Below, piece by piece: positions 13,251 through 25,965 of a stretch of DNA of 64,000 bases. Location of the stretch: NCBI GenBank assembly GCA_012026655.1, contig JAAILG010000383.1, positions 1 to 64,000 of the forward strand, in the 5' to 3' direction. A program made the translations under genes and the position numbers. The notes beneath the pieces were generated by a model that was given only the letters and a program-made list of their open reading frames with translations, did no database searches and had not been told where the DNA came from. Each line of letters opens with the position of its first letter. Within the stretch, counting starts at the first letter, position 1. The DNA comes from Hydrolagus affinis. Its lineage: Eukaryota.

Positions 13251-16200
13251 ATATGTATTGTTTTAAAACAGTCCTAGGACCATAAACCTAGATGAGTCCA
13301 GAAGGATTTCCATCAATTCAAAATTCTTATATATTTTTAATGTTTTTTGGAATATACGCTTCTCTATAATTAAGCAACAGTGAAGTGATTTTTGGAGTGG
13401 GGAGCAGGTGTAGGTTTCCATCTTCAAATCACTCTGATCAGAGGCTGAGCGGAGCACAGAGCTTTGATAGTCGACGGAAAACACAATTTAATTTGTTAAT
13501 GTTACCAAAGGGCTGGCAGTGCAACCAGTTCCCGATAACGTTAAAAAGCTTAAGTGGTTGAACCAATGCTTAAAGTGCACCAATAGGCAAGGTTGAATCT
13601 GTCAAGTGCATTTTACATAGGACCCTTACAAACAATGGGGTCTAATAGACGATGATTTCTAATGGGATTCCTCAGTAACGTCGACTCAGAGGAATGGCAA
13701 TCTGATGTACGTACTATCAGAGCACAAAGACTTCCACAGATTGGCGTGACATAAATCCATGACCAAGAATTGTTATTAAGGAATACTGTGCTACACCAGT
13801 CTCTGTTCACCATAACTGTGTTTCATCATTTTTCCTTATGCAAGAGCAGAGAGCTATTGTAATGTCAATACTGACTCTTGCAGTTGCCACTACCTTTGAA
13901 TCTCTGATCTAGACATTATTTAATGCTCTTCCACGTAAATTCGTGCATCGTGTAAACATTGTGCAGCATTTCCTTATAAATGTTCCTTTCTATCTTTCTC
14001 TCAAATAATTATTTGATGAAAGTGTTTCGTAGAAAGATGTGAGATTTTAAAAAGTTTCAAGACATTCGGTAATCTAAGAGTTAATTTGTGTCTGACAGAT
14101 GGATTGAAATGATTTCCTTCATAAAGTAGTGAATTTGTTTTGCGTGGGAGTACTGAGAGGTAAGGACAAAAGATTCTGTGATTTACCATATTATAGGTGG
14201 GTGATAAATTATATCTTGAGGTTGATTGCAATTTATTTCTGAATGTGAGTGGAATACACAACAAAAATAGAGAATTAAAATGCTATTAAACCACAATTTC
14301 TATATGGGTTTTTCTGTACAAGTGGGGATTTTGTCTGCTGAACGTGCATCTTTATGTTGAAAGAAAATAAATCCAATTCTAGAAGTCCAAATGCAATAAA
14401 AAAAAGCTTTTATTGTCGCCTTTTATTATTTCCAGAAACTACACAATTGTAAACATTGGCAATAACTCAGGTATTTCTCAAAACCTCGAATTGTCTGCCC
14501 TACTTTCTGCACTGAAAGATTTGCTTTTCATTTGCTAAACATAATCCTTCTCCCTGATCACGATTATTATTTTACTTATTCCTGTTGAACTGCTTTACTT
14601 TATCTCCAAGCAAAGGAAAAATCGACTGCAAGCCAGCTTCAATTATTTGATTCATAGAGCCTTGTGAATGGGACTTCAAATAAACCAAACAAAAGGGGTA
14701 AAAGAGAATAGAAGGAACTGGATTGGTGGGATCTTGAATCAAACATTGTATAAAGAGGAGAGGAAGAGTGTAATGAGAGCTGTTGGCAATGGCACTAGAC
14801 AGCTGGACAGTTCCAGCTGTTGGTTGGTTGGATCAATTGGGAGTAAAGTACCATAAATCTGAATTTAAATTTTCTTTTTTTTTGCTGTTTTGTGAAAACA
14901 AAGAAGATTCTATGAATTTAAATTGACCAAAGTAAAACAAATACAATTTTTTTATCTCTGTTTTAATAGTGCACATTAAATATCATATTTGGGATTCTAG
15001 GGACACGACACAATGTCACTGATCACAAAACATAATCATGAACTTGGAGAAACCAGAGCGCAATGTTAATAGTATATAGACTGTGTGTTTGAGGTTGTGG
15101 AGTTTATACTGTGTGTGTGTGTATATATTATGTAAGATTGAAAAATATATATACAATATATTATGTATGTAGAGAGGAGAACTTAGATAAGGAAATTAAG
15201 GGACAGAGTAGCAATGGTCTCGTAAGCAATCTCTGTACTCAGAGAAGAACCAGGAACAATGACTTGCATTGATATAGTGCCCGTCGCGCGGGGTAGCGTC
15301 TCAGAGCACTTAAATCAAAAGGTGTTCATTCACGTGGCCTGTTAAGTGATGATGCTAGAGTGTTGGCATGGCTCAGGATACTGTACTTGTAATGATGTTT
15401 CCACTGGGACATTTCCCACAGAGTGAGTATTGCAACTGTCCTGCTGTCTTAGTTGTCTCAATCTGAGTGACAGAGGGAAACAATATATAATTGAGGCACA
15501 GTTTATTTTCGTCTCAATCAAGCATCTCCATATACATTGTGTGGATTGTAATTGGAGTTACTGTTCGACTGTGATCCATCTACCTATTATTGGCCACCTC
15601 ATTGACTTTTTTCATAATCTAAAATTAATTAAATTTTAAACACCTATCAGGCTCCCTCTGAATTGTCTCATCTCTGGAGAGAAAATGTTCCAACCTGTCT
15701 AATCTTTCCTGATAGCTGTATTCACTCATCCCTGGCAACATCCCTTGTAAATCTAAGTTATACTCCCGCCAATTGCTGCAACATTCCTTCCTCTAAAATG
15801 CACGCATCCATTAACTCGAAGCTATTAAACCGCATTGAAAATAAATGGCCATCAAGGAAAATATATAAACGACAGTAAACCAGTTTGAGTGCCCGCCATT
15901 CTTTGATTTAAAAAGAATAGTAGCAGTCAATGACATCTCACCTTCTGACGCAGCCAGCAAGGCACTAGACCCTGTCATATTTGCAAAAGCCTAATACCAT
16001 TGTGGATTGCAGAATTACGGATGAACAGTCAGTGCTGTGGAAGCCACTTTAAAGGTGTCTTAAACTACTTCCCTCTGGAATGGTGAAAGCACTCTGCGGT
16101 GCGAATGGGAATGTTACACTCGACACACGAGTGCCACTAAATGTAAATGTAAAACCTGATTGTAGTGCTCTGCTGAATGTGGTAATTTGCGGCTAAATGG

Positions 16201-16527
16201 TTTCAAAGGGGAACTGGACAAGTCCCTGGAAGTTATGATGACTTCCACAAATGCACAGTCAATCCACTTTGCAGTACATCCTGTGAAGTATTTTGAGATG
16301 TCTCCACGACGTGATAAGGCGCTAAATCAATTGCAGATTATTGTTGGTCAGTTTAGAATTATTGGCTGTGTCTGTGTCAATGGAATCTTATGGGTAGTTG
16401 AATGGGTAATGCTTCAATCCTGTCTGAAGCTACTGAAGACCGTACATACTACAGTAATTCTTGTTTGAGTCACAATCTATTATGGCTGAGTTTATTTCAA
16501 TTAAAATTATCCAAACTAGCTGAGTAC

Positions 16528-16785
16528 GGAGTCCTGAAGCTCAGTGGGTAGAGCTAGAGACCTGGGTTCGATTCCAGGCAGGGCAAAACCTTTGGCAAGT
16601 TTCCTTACTCCACATGCCTAATAATAATAATAATCCCTTGGGAAAAAAATAATAAATTGGTCATTTAAATCCATAACTGTTTGTGGGACACAACTGTCCG
16701 CAATCTGAGATGCTGCTGGGAAATATACAGTCAATTTATTTTACAATATTTTCTAGAAGACGAGAAATGCGCGATATCAGTATTA
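16528..16785 (+). mobile_element. tRNA-derived SINE, internally deleted
   Basis: ggagtcctgaagctcagtgggtagagc...ggttcgattccaggcaggg head and family body. Confidence 0.85.
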
Positions 16786-17961
16786 GCCATGAAACAAATA
16801 AAACAGCAAACAAAATAGCCATTCAGTTCTAAGAGATAACTGATCATTACCATAAACAGGACGTTTCTACTCATTTATATTCATGGACAAATTATAAGTG
16901 TCGAGTGGTTTACTGCATTTTATATGTTTTCATTAATGCTAATTTATTTTCAGTGCAGTTTAACAGCTTCACTTACTGGATCGATCAACACAAAATTTCA
17001 CTTAAATCAGCTCTTTTTCAACTATTTTCTTCAAAACACTACATTTTATGGTCTAAACACTATTATCACAAAACAAAGTGAATTGAGTACGTCCATTATC
17101 CTCCGTCATTAATTTCGGGTGCACGGAGATCCTTTGAGTTGCTGTACACTTCTGAGAAACAATGATGGCTGAGAATTATGTGTGTCATGTTTGTAGTAGC
17201 GGATCCAAAGTGTGTTCTTCCTTGATTGTCTGCATTTCTAAACTCTTTTGATTGTCGCAAGATATTTTTTGGCGGGGCAAAGTAAATCACGGGTTTGAGC
17301 TTTAATTGCAGTTTAATCAGCCTTAATTCCCTCGCATGTATTTGAGCCTTTCACATCATCTCTCACATTTTTATTGTGCGGTGCGAATTGCTTTGAACAC
17401 AAAAAAAAAATCCTCAGATCATTTTTGCCACCAGCAGTTCATGCCCTTTGGACTGACAACAAAATTGCAGCATTTATTAGAGTCTGTTAGGGTGACATGA
17501 TGGTAAACGAGGCTGCCAGACTGCAAGCACATAAATTGTAGGGCTCTGCTGTACTGCCAGCTGTGTAGTTCTGCCACTATCAGTTTGCCAAAGTGCTCGC
17601 TCCCTGAACATTGGAGAGCCCAACAAAGCACCTACACACCTCCTGGATGTGGACAGGGAATGCTTGAGACAAAACCTTTCTAAATATTACACAGATCTGT
17701 GCCGTTTTAATAGCGATTTTAAAAGCCGCATGAGTTCTAGAAGTGGGCTAATTCATTCTTCAAAGGTTAGATTGGAGAGAGACTCGACATGATTGTTTTG
17801 AAAGAGCTGAGTGCTTTTTGCAGTCATTTTTAAAAAAAACTTATATTTGGGAACAAAAACCCCCCATCTATTATTAATCGCAAAACACAATACAATAACA
17901 GCATGGAGTTGATGAGAGATGGGTTCTCCCTCCCCTACCTAATAAACAATATACTGATTCA

Positions 17962-18376
17962 TAATAAAAATCATTGCATTTGATATACCGCTTTTCATGT
18001 CTTCTAGACGACTCAAAACGCTTCACAAAATATATTATAAAGTGAATTGACTGTATATTTTTGTGGGCGGAACGCAGCAGCCAATTGCGCACAGCAGTGT
18101 CCCACAAACAGTCGTGGATGAAAATGACCAAGTTATTATAGGCTTTTGTGGACAGATTATTATTGAATGAATTATTATAATGAATACAAACAAACTATCC
18201 GGAATGAAATGACTACCACATGCAAACCTACTGCAGTGCGCAATTGGCTGCCGCGTTTCGCCCACAAAATATACAGTCACTTCACTTTACAGTTTTTTCT
18301 GTGAAGCGCTTTGAGACGTCTCAAAGACATGATGAGGTGCTATATCAACTGCAAGGATTATTATTATTATTATTAC
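17962..18376. mobile_element. Two inverted 3' halves of the SINE
   Basis: Minus copy ~17962-18135 and plus copy ~18236-18376. Confidence 0.85.
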
Positions 18377-18989
18377 TTCCAACTACTTAAAAGCGATAGC
18401 TGAAGAGTTAGCTCCTGATGCTGTTAACAATCCTTTAAGTAGCAGTTAAATATCAGACAACTATAATTTGATATCTCATATTAACAGCATATGAATAGAT
18501 AGTTTGCTACCATGTAATTAAGTTGCTTTTAATTATGTGACTAGGTTCTCTTTAAAATGTGTGCACTACCCAATCAGTTGACATCGGCAGATTCTCATTT
18601 TAAAACTGAAACATTACAATTTGAAGAACCCTCCATTTTGAAGAACTAGACTGAAAAGCAAAGTTTTAATTATTAGAGAAATTCTAATGATTCTAATTTT
18701 CTTAGAATCACAGAAACCTACAGCAGAGTGGATGCCATTTGGGCTATCAAATCTCCACTGGCTCTCAGAGGAGGCTGTTTCTTCAATCCCACTGCCCTGT
18801 CCTAACCTCTTCAATCAATCAAAACTTACATTTATATAGTACCTTTCACGTCGAAAGGCGCTGTACAGTTGGGAAGGGACAAGAGCAGGGGGTCGGGGCA
18901 GAATGAAAAAGAGTAGGAAAATTGACTGTATATTTGTGGGCGAATGCGGCAGCCAAATTGCACACAGCAGTGTCCCACAAACAGTCGCA

Positions 18990-19250
18990 GAAATGGGGCC
19001 AGAGGAGAAAGGGGGAAAAGAGGGCAAGGGAGGAGAGGGAGATGGTGTAGAGCAAGGTCAGGGAGGAAGAGTGGGGAGAAAGGGAGAGCAAAGGAGAGAG
19101 GGAGGAAAAGGTGGGTGGGCGGCAAAATCAGGGAGAAAAGGGGGCAAGAGGGAAGCGGGAGAGAAGGGGAAAAGGGGGAAGAGAAAGTGGGGAAAGGGAG
19201 TGAGGGAAGAAGAGGAGGGTGGGGGGGGAAAGGCCAGGGGACAGGGGGGA
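18990..19250 (+). repeat. G/A-rich low-complexity tract
   Basis: ~260 nt dominated by purines with many G runs. Confidence 0.8.
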
Positions 19251-19616
19251 ATCAAATAACAGCAATAAACAACCAAATCAACAACTGTAAACAACAAGCC
19301 TATAACATGCATACACTTGAACCAAATATTTGTAGAAACTTTGCATTATTGCCTCACTTTTGTACTGTTTGCCCCTAAGAATAAAACCCAGAATACCAGT
19401 AGCTTTCCCATAACCTTTCAGCTGTCATCTCAACTCTTTCACAGATAACAATTCTCTTGATATAACTGACCATTCATTCACCTCATAGTTATTGGTAGTT
19501 ATTTGCATAAAGGACATTGCTGTATGCAAATTAGCTGTATGCAATGCATATATCAATGTGGTGATAAGGCTTGAACACAGGCAATGGTTTGTGGAGCATA
19601 TATTGCTTGTACTTGT

Positions 19617-19932
19617 GAAGCCCTGCAGCTCAGTGGTTAGATCACTCGCCTCGCAAGCGAGAGACCTGGGTTCGATTCCAGGCAGGTCAGGGCGAAACCT
19701 TGGGTAAGTTTCCTTACTCCACTGATAATAATCTCTCAAGAAAAAAACCAATGATAAATTTGTCACTTCAATCCACGACTGTTTGTGGGACACTGCTGTG
19801 TGTAATTGGCTGCCGCGTTTCACCCACAAATATACAGTCAATTCACTTTACAGTATATTCTGTGAAGCGCTTTGAGACATCAGGAAGATATATATCAAAT
19901 GTGAGGATTATTAATAAGAATTATTATTATTA
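19617..19932 (+). mobile_element. tRNA-derived SINE, full length
   Basis: A box gctcagtggttag, B box ggttcgattcc, (TTA)n tail. Confidence 0.92.
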
Positions 19933-20210
19933 AAGATCCCATGGCACTATTTCAAAAGAGGAATTTCTCCCAGTATCCTGACGAACAACACCCTAAAATA
20001 AATTGGCCACCCACTTCACAGCTGCCGAACATGAAAGGCCCTATACAAATATCATTTTTGTTGTTGTTTATGGGACATTACTAGGGGCACATTGGTTGTA
20101 AAATACACAGTCACTACACTCGACAATAAATGCCGTAAAGTGTGTTCAGATATTTGGACCACGCAATGAGGCGCAATGTAAAATGGAACGATTATTATTA
20201 TTATGATTAC

Positions 20211-20399
20211 CATTGCGCGACGGTCTGATATCCGTTCAAATAATTTCAAGTCAAAATCAAGCGTTGGGTTTGGTTTACAGGCCTGGGATTGTGGGACGAG
20301 ATTACAATTGTGTCGCTTAAAGAGACTTGGTGCCTTTGTGCATAGTGGTTGATGTGATTGCGTGCGGGAGATCGTGTGAGGTAAACAGTTAATATTCAT
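20211..20399 (-). pseudogene. Candidate first coding exon of locus A
   Basis: 63 open codons MNINCLPHTISRTQ...ERISDRRAM then ATG|gtaatc donor; lies in CpG-rich sequence directly downstream (minus sense) of the X-box cluster. Confidence 0.45.
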
Positions 20400-20458
20400 G
20401 TGTGATGTTTGGTCGGTTAAAATCCGCTTTGAAATGTCTGGCGACAAAAGGTGGGTAC

Positions 20459-20473
20459 GAGCGCGCACACGCG

Positions 20474-20504
<31 letters not shown>

Positions 20505-20505
20505 A
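20459..20505. repeat. (CG)n/(CA)n alternating purine-pyrimidine tract
   Basis: gcgcgcacacgcgcgcgcgcgcacacacac... Confidence 0.9.
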
Positions 20506-20844
20506 GCTGGTTGTCATGGTGATGAGTACGGCCCTCGCGGCTAATGAGAGCAAGCTCCCTGTTTTGTACTCATTCCAGTCGTGTCACACAAGTGCGAGTT
20601 GTGTGTCGAGCATGGATGCCAATGGAAGGCACAGCAGCAATTATTAGATAAGAGTTGCTATGGCTACACAGCTCATGCTTACTGGTGCTGAAAGCCTCAC
20701 CCCAGCTTTCTTTTAAACCGTGCTTTCTATTGTACACCTCAAATAGGCTACGTTAGAAAGCGATATCACAACGAGGACGGAGAAACAATGCTATAGCAAC
20801 TCCACACAGAGTGCGACAATCGCGCACAGCAGTGTCCCCCACTG

Positions 20845-21000
20845 TTTGTGGGGGACACTGCTGTGCGCAATTGGCTGCCATGTTTCACCCACAAATATAC
20901 AGTCAATTCACTTTACAGTATATTCTGTGAAGTGCTTTGGGACGTCGATTAGATGTGAAAAGCGCTATATCAAATGCAAGGATTTTTATTATTATTTATT
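20845..21000 (+). mobile_element. 5'-truncated SINE preceded by an inverted copy of its own start
   Basis: Family body and tail; see the hairpin finding. Confidence 0.88.
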
Positions 21001-21216
21001 ATAAAGTGGAACCGATTGTCCCAAGAATATTTCGCCAACATTAACCTGATTGCTCTTCTAACCTGATCCATTTTTATGTCCATGCAAATCCTCTATTGTG
21101 GTGAATGGGTTTGACCTGCCTTTGAAATTATAGCTGTATTACTGTGCGGTAATAATAATAATAAATAATTCTTGCCTTAAATAAAGTGCCGTACCATCTC
21201 AAACACTCCGTGCACA

Positions 21217-21480
21217 CAACAAAATTACGTTTGTATAGCGTCTTTCACGTTGGGAGGATGTCCCAAGGGGAATAGGGATTGGGGAGGGTGGAAGCCAATG
21301 AGGGGGGAAAAGGTTGATCGAAAGCATGGTCGAAGAGGAGGGACCTGAAGTGAGTCTTGAAGGAGACAAATGATGGAATGAGGCAGAGGGACTGTGGGAC
21401 AGAGATCCAGAGGGCGGAGGCAGAGTAGCTGAAGGTCCACCCACCAATGGTATGATAGGCCAGGCTGGGGATGTGAAGCA
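21217..21480 (-). mobile_element. L2 3' end
   Basis: Same tail (tttcacgttgggaggatgtcccaagg) and ggtcgaagagga 3' body as the copies at 2338 and 37661. Confidence 0.75.
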
Positions 21481-22371
21481 GGCAATGCCTCACAAACAGC
21501 CGTGAAGTGAATGACCACAATTTTTTCTGGTAAAGGCTGGCTAGGTCACCGAGAGAAACTCCATTTTCTCTTCAAAATGTACCAAAAGCTCCCTAAGGTC
21601 CAAGTCACCAGGCAGACAGGAACTTGTCTTAGCATCTCAGCCAAACCACTGTCACATTGGATGCTTTATCCAGACTCTCCGAAGAAGAAAAAAAATTGTT
21701 CAACAGATTTACAATGTATTCTGAGAGATGTAAGTCTCTGTGTTCAGGCCTCTGCTAATTCAATTGGAAATCATGTGGGGTGAAGTGAGCCCTATGGGTT
21801 TCAATGTTCTGCTTTGGAGACTGCCCTTGTTCTGATCCCTCTGCTAATCTGTCAATAACAAAAAATATGGGAGTATAGAAGATGAAATCTGCTTCTCAGA
21901 TGATCAGAAATGATTAATCCATCTACATGATAATTCCTCAAATTTACTGAAACCTGCGGCAAGCTACACTGAGGGGGAAAGCTTTCGATGACACCACCTT
22001 CTCATCAGCTCAGAATGGGACCTTCAATACTTGATAGAATGGGCTGCTTTGTGGTATTCCTAGACGCATTCAGTTCTTCAACTATTTCTAGAGATAGTGG
22101 TTTATCTGGCGGGCGGCAAATGTGGTTACCATGTCCTGTTAAATACTGCCCTTCGTTTGAGATTCCGCCACCCTCCAACTCCACACAGCATCTGCCTAAT
22201 AGTTTCTTGGACACATTTTTGCACATTCCAAAAATTGCCTTGATGTTTTTTGTTTAAAAAAATGTAGAAAGGATGAAGATATTTATTCTTAGCCCCAGCA
22301 TCAGAGACTGGACATTTCTTTTAATGAATTTTGGAAGTTACAATTGAAAGGCTAAAATGCTGCAGTTTGAA

Positions 22372-22648
22372 ATAATAATAATAATCCTTGCATTTGATTA
22401 GATTTTTCACATATTCTAGCCATCTCAAAGCGCCTCACAGAATAAAGTGAATTGACTGTATATTTGTGGGCAAAATGCAGCAGCCAATTGCGCAAAGCAG
22501 TGTCTCACAAGCAGTCGTGGATTGAAATGAACAATTTATTGAAGGTTTTTTTTGAGGGATTATTATTGAGTGTGTGGAGTAAAGAAACTTGCCCAAGGTT
22601 TCGCCCTGCCTGGATTCGAACACAAGTAAGGCGAGTGCTCTAACCAAT
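22372..22648 (-). mobile_element. tRNA-derived SINE
   Basis: Family head, body and tail on the minus strand. Confidence 0.9.
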
Positions 22649-23292
22649 GTTGATCGCTTTAATCTGAATTTTTGTGGTAGAAACCATGTATCTGGGAATA
22701 TTATCTTTATTCCACTCCTCTATCATATTTCTATATTCCCAATATACCTTTACAGGAAATATTTTACTATACTGAAATAATACTATATTAAAATAGTATA
22801 TGTGTAAAAATAGACATCTCCTCAAACCCTTTGCATTTGATAAGCATTTACAGAATGGTTTTGCACAGGGCCTAAAATGCCTTAGGCATTTCCTGTCAGA
22901 TGGAAGCTAAACCATTTTAAACATTTGTAACAGGTTTTCCAGCATGACGGTGATGCTGTCGGTCTGAATATTTTAAAATAATGAAGCAGAAAATGATTGA
23001 AAGCTAATTGAGAGTAATAACACTGTGTGATTATATTTTCTCTATAAAACTGGTAACACTTTTCCTCCTAATATGTTACTCCAAATAAGTCAAAAGTAAT
23101 TTTCAGTGTAAACTGGATAGTTTTTCATAATTATTTCCCGTGTCTTTCTTTCTTATCATCGCCTCTACGTACGTAAGTCGCTTTGCATGACGGTGGTTTG
23201 TGGGTATGTTCCTCTCAGTGTGCGTCTCTGTGACGTGTAACTGCAAGTGAAATCTGTACAGCCATTTTTTCTGCTATCTTCCTGCCACCACA

Positions 23293-23440
23293 AACTGTTT
23301 GTGGGACACTGCTGTGCGCAATTGGCTGCCGTGTTTCACCCACAAATATACAGTCACTTTATAGTATATTCTGTGAAGCTCTTTTCACATCTAGAAGATG
23401 TGAAAAGTGCCATATCAAATGCAAGGATTATTACTATTGT
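23293..23440 (+). mobile_element. SINE 3' half
   Basis: ctgtttgtgggacactgctgtgcgcaattgg...atcaaatgcaaggattatta. Confidence 0.85.
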
Positions 23441-24184
23441 ATGGGCAAGACCTTACCATACATTTATGTTTTTCAAGGAGTCATTTACACTAAAATACCC
23501 TGGGGCTTATCCCCACTATATTATTATCACTATAACCTCTTCAGATTCAAATATTTGTTAATGAACTACATATGACTCACCATTTTCTGTCGTCACTAGT
23601 TTTAGTAATGAAAGCATTGGAAAAAGTATTTAATGTAGAAGAAAATGGCCAGGTTGGCCTATCAAGGACTGTTTCTGATAACAACTGTCGAACCCCTATA
23701 TTATTGTGAATCTGATGCACATATTTCATGCAGTTTTTGCTCCGAACATTTGTCCCTTCATAGGTTGTGAAATTCTCATTAGCTTTTGATCGTACACTAA
23801 GTAGCCCCATTGTCAAAAGAGTAGCTTAGTGCTTTTCAAGTCACATCGCTTCTTCAATACTTCTTGCAAATCCTCTAAATCATGTTGGCCATAAAAAGAA
23901 TATCACGCTTCCCACCTGCTTTGCCTTTGAGACGTCTGACATTTCAATCCTTTCCTCTTTGAATTGCCATAACTCAACGCTTCATCAATGGACAGTTCCA
24001 GTTTTATAGCATTCAATTAACTTGTTACAAGTTTTAAATGTACATTATTTATAACAGGTATAGATAGCACCACTATTACAGGACTATTATTTTGTTTAAA
24101 ATATTGCATTTAGGAATGCTGGACATTGATACCATGTCATTTGCATTCTTTGAAAAGGCCATTTAGACAAGGTTACGGCAATTT

Positions 24185-24380
24185 ATGGAGAAAAAAACTG
24201 TAATAAATTGGTCATCTCAATCGATGACTGTTTGTGGAACACTGCTGTGCGCATTTGGCTGCCGCGTTTCACCCGCAAATATACAGTAAATTCACTTTGC
24301 AGTAATATTCTGTGAAGCGCTTTGAGACATCTAGGAGACGTGAAAAGTGCTGCATCAAATGCAAGCATTATTATTATTAA
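24185..24380 (+). mobile_element. SINE 3' half inserted in a putative pseudo-exon
   Basis: Family body and tail. Confidence 0.85.
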
Positions 24381-25649
24381 TTTTGACGGTTTAACCCATT
24401 GTTGCCTCCTTATGGATTCAATCTTTAAAATAGCTGCAGCTCCACATGCCTGGTTTTCAGTATCAATCACCTGTTAAAAAAATTAGATGTATAAATTGAT
24501 TTTACATGCTATCTTGAAGAATTAACACATGCCATGCTTGTATGGTTGGACAGCAGAGTCCCTGAGTTGATATGCAGCCTGTTTTTTTAGAAGACGCCTG
24601 CATTTCAACCTGTATGCACACCCTGAGATTTTGTAAATCCTGCAAAAGAAGCATTGAATTTCCACTGCCTTGAAAATCACTATTCTTTTGGGGAGAATGA
24701 ATTAAATCTGAAGGATACACCATGAAAGCTTCAATCAACTCCTCAGTACAAGTGAGCATTGTGCTTTGAGCAATGATTATATAATACCCACCAGGAACTT
24801 GGAATGACCCCATGGCGCAAAAAAAAACACATTCAAGGTCATTTAAACTTTCAGGGTAGCCAAGAGAAAACAGTGGGATTGACTGTGACAGTGTCCATAG
24901 ATTGCTGTGATGATCTCCCAGCTAAAATTTTGCAGATGATGCGAGAATGTTAGTCATGGGAGATGATCCAGCTGACTTCAGAGAAGGTTTGATTTCCCCC
25001 TATATAGTTGAATAAATTGGTGGATTTCAACACCATATGGAAACATTTTTATTTCCCAATAAGCATGGGCTGGAGGATTTGAACTGGTGCAGATTTGGGT
25101 GAAAATCAGATTACTGCACAAAATCCAATTTCCTACCCATCGGAAAATAGCCAGAGATCTTACAAATAGCTGTGGGGCAAACTGTGTCATTGTTGCAATA
25201 AGATGAGCTCTATCAGCTGAGCCCCGTTCTCCAAAAATACCCATCTCAGAGTTATATAGTCCAACTGACAACTCCACTCTCGCGTAAAAATCATGAAGCG
25301 TGCGAAATGAGTAAACAGGCTGTCACGTGTTTCCCTCGTAATCGGATTCAATGCAGAATTCCTACCCCAGGTTGTTGCACCAAAATGTTGGGGAAAGAAA
25401 CCTGCCTTCCTCCTCACAGCCACACGTATCGTTCCAACACAATGACTCGCTCCTCCGTTTGAAACTTTCGAAAGACACCTAAGGAGTTTTCCAGAAATGT
25501 CAATTTGCAGCAATTAACAAAAGCATTACTAAATTTTCACATTGTGCATCAGAAATAAATGCATTTGTCTCCACAGCAAATGCAACATTTTTAGTAGAAT
25601 GTAAGCAAAAAATTTATTTTTGTATGATAGTAATTTTCATATTTGGTAT

Positions 25650-25965
25650 AAACAATAATAAAATCGGTCATTTCAATCCACAACTGTTGTGTGACACTGT
25701 TGTGCGCAATTGGCTGCCATGTTTCACCCACAAATATACAGTCAATTCACTTTACAATATATTCTGTGAAGCGCTTTGAGACACCTGTCTAGAATACGTG
25801 GAAAGCGCTGTATCAAATGCAAGGATTATTATTATTATTATAGTTCTTTTCATGGTGGTTTCCCAAAGTTCTTCACAGAATATACTGTAAAGTGGAGTGA
25901 CTGTGGGCGAAACTTGGTAGCCAATTTGCTCACAGCAATTTCCCACAAACAGTCATGAAGTGAAG
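25650..25965. mobile_element. Tail-to-tail SINE halves
   Basis: Plus copy ~25650-25842 and older minus copy ~25860-25965. Confidence 0.8.

Larger units (their letters stand above)
1348..20399 (-). pseudogene. Candidate unprocessed multi-exon pseudogene A, unidentified protein
   Basis: Minus-strand exon-like segments 20399-20211, ~17631-17091, 11949-11754, 11466-11210, 10667-10446, 8804-8509, 5759-5388, 5154-4906, 1987-1692, 1541-1348; several consecutive pairs are phase-compatible; some are fully open, others contain in-frame stops. Confidence 0.55.
20200..20820. promoter_or_regulatory. CpG-enriched candidate promoter with three X-box-like motifs
   Basis: GTTGTCATGGTGAT (20510-20523), GTTGCTATGGCTAC (20654-20667), AATGCTATAGCAAC (20787-20800); CpG visibly denser than in the flanks. 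Confidence 0.5.

Noticed and set aside
18832-19378. Cluster of overlapping G/K/E- or P/L/F-rich ORFs
   Set aside because: By-product of the purine-rich low-complexity tract plus SINE and L2 pieces
23570-24000. Selenoprotein-type TGA read-through explaining the stops
   Set aside because: Stops across loci A and B include TAA and TAG as well as frameshifts, which fits decay rather than recoding
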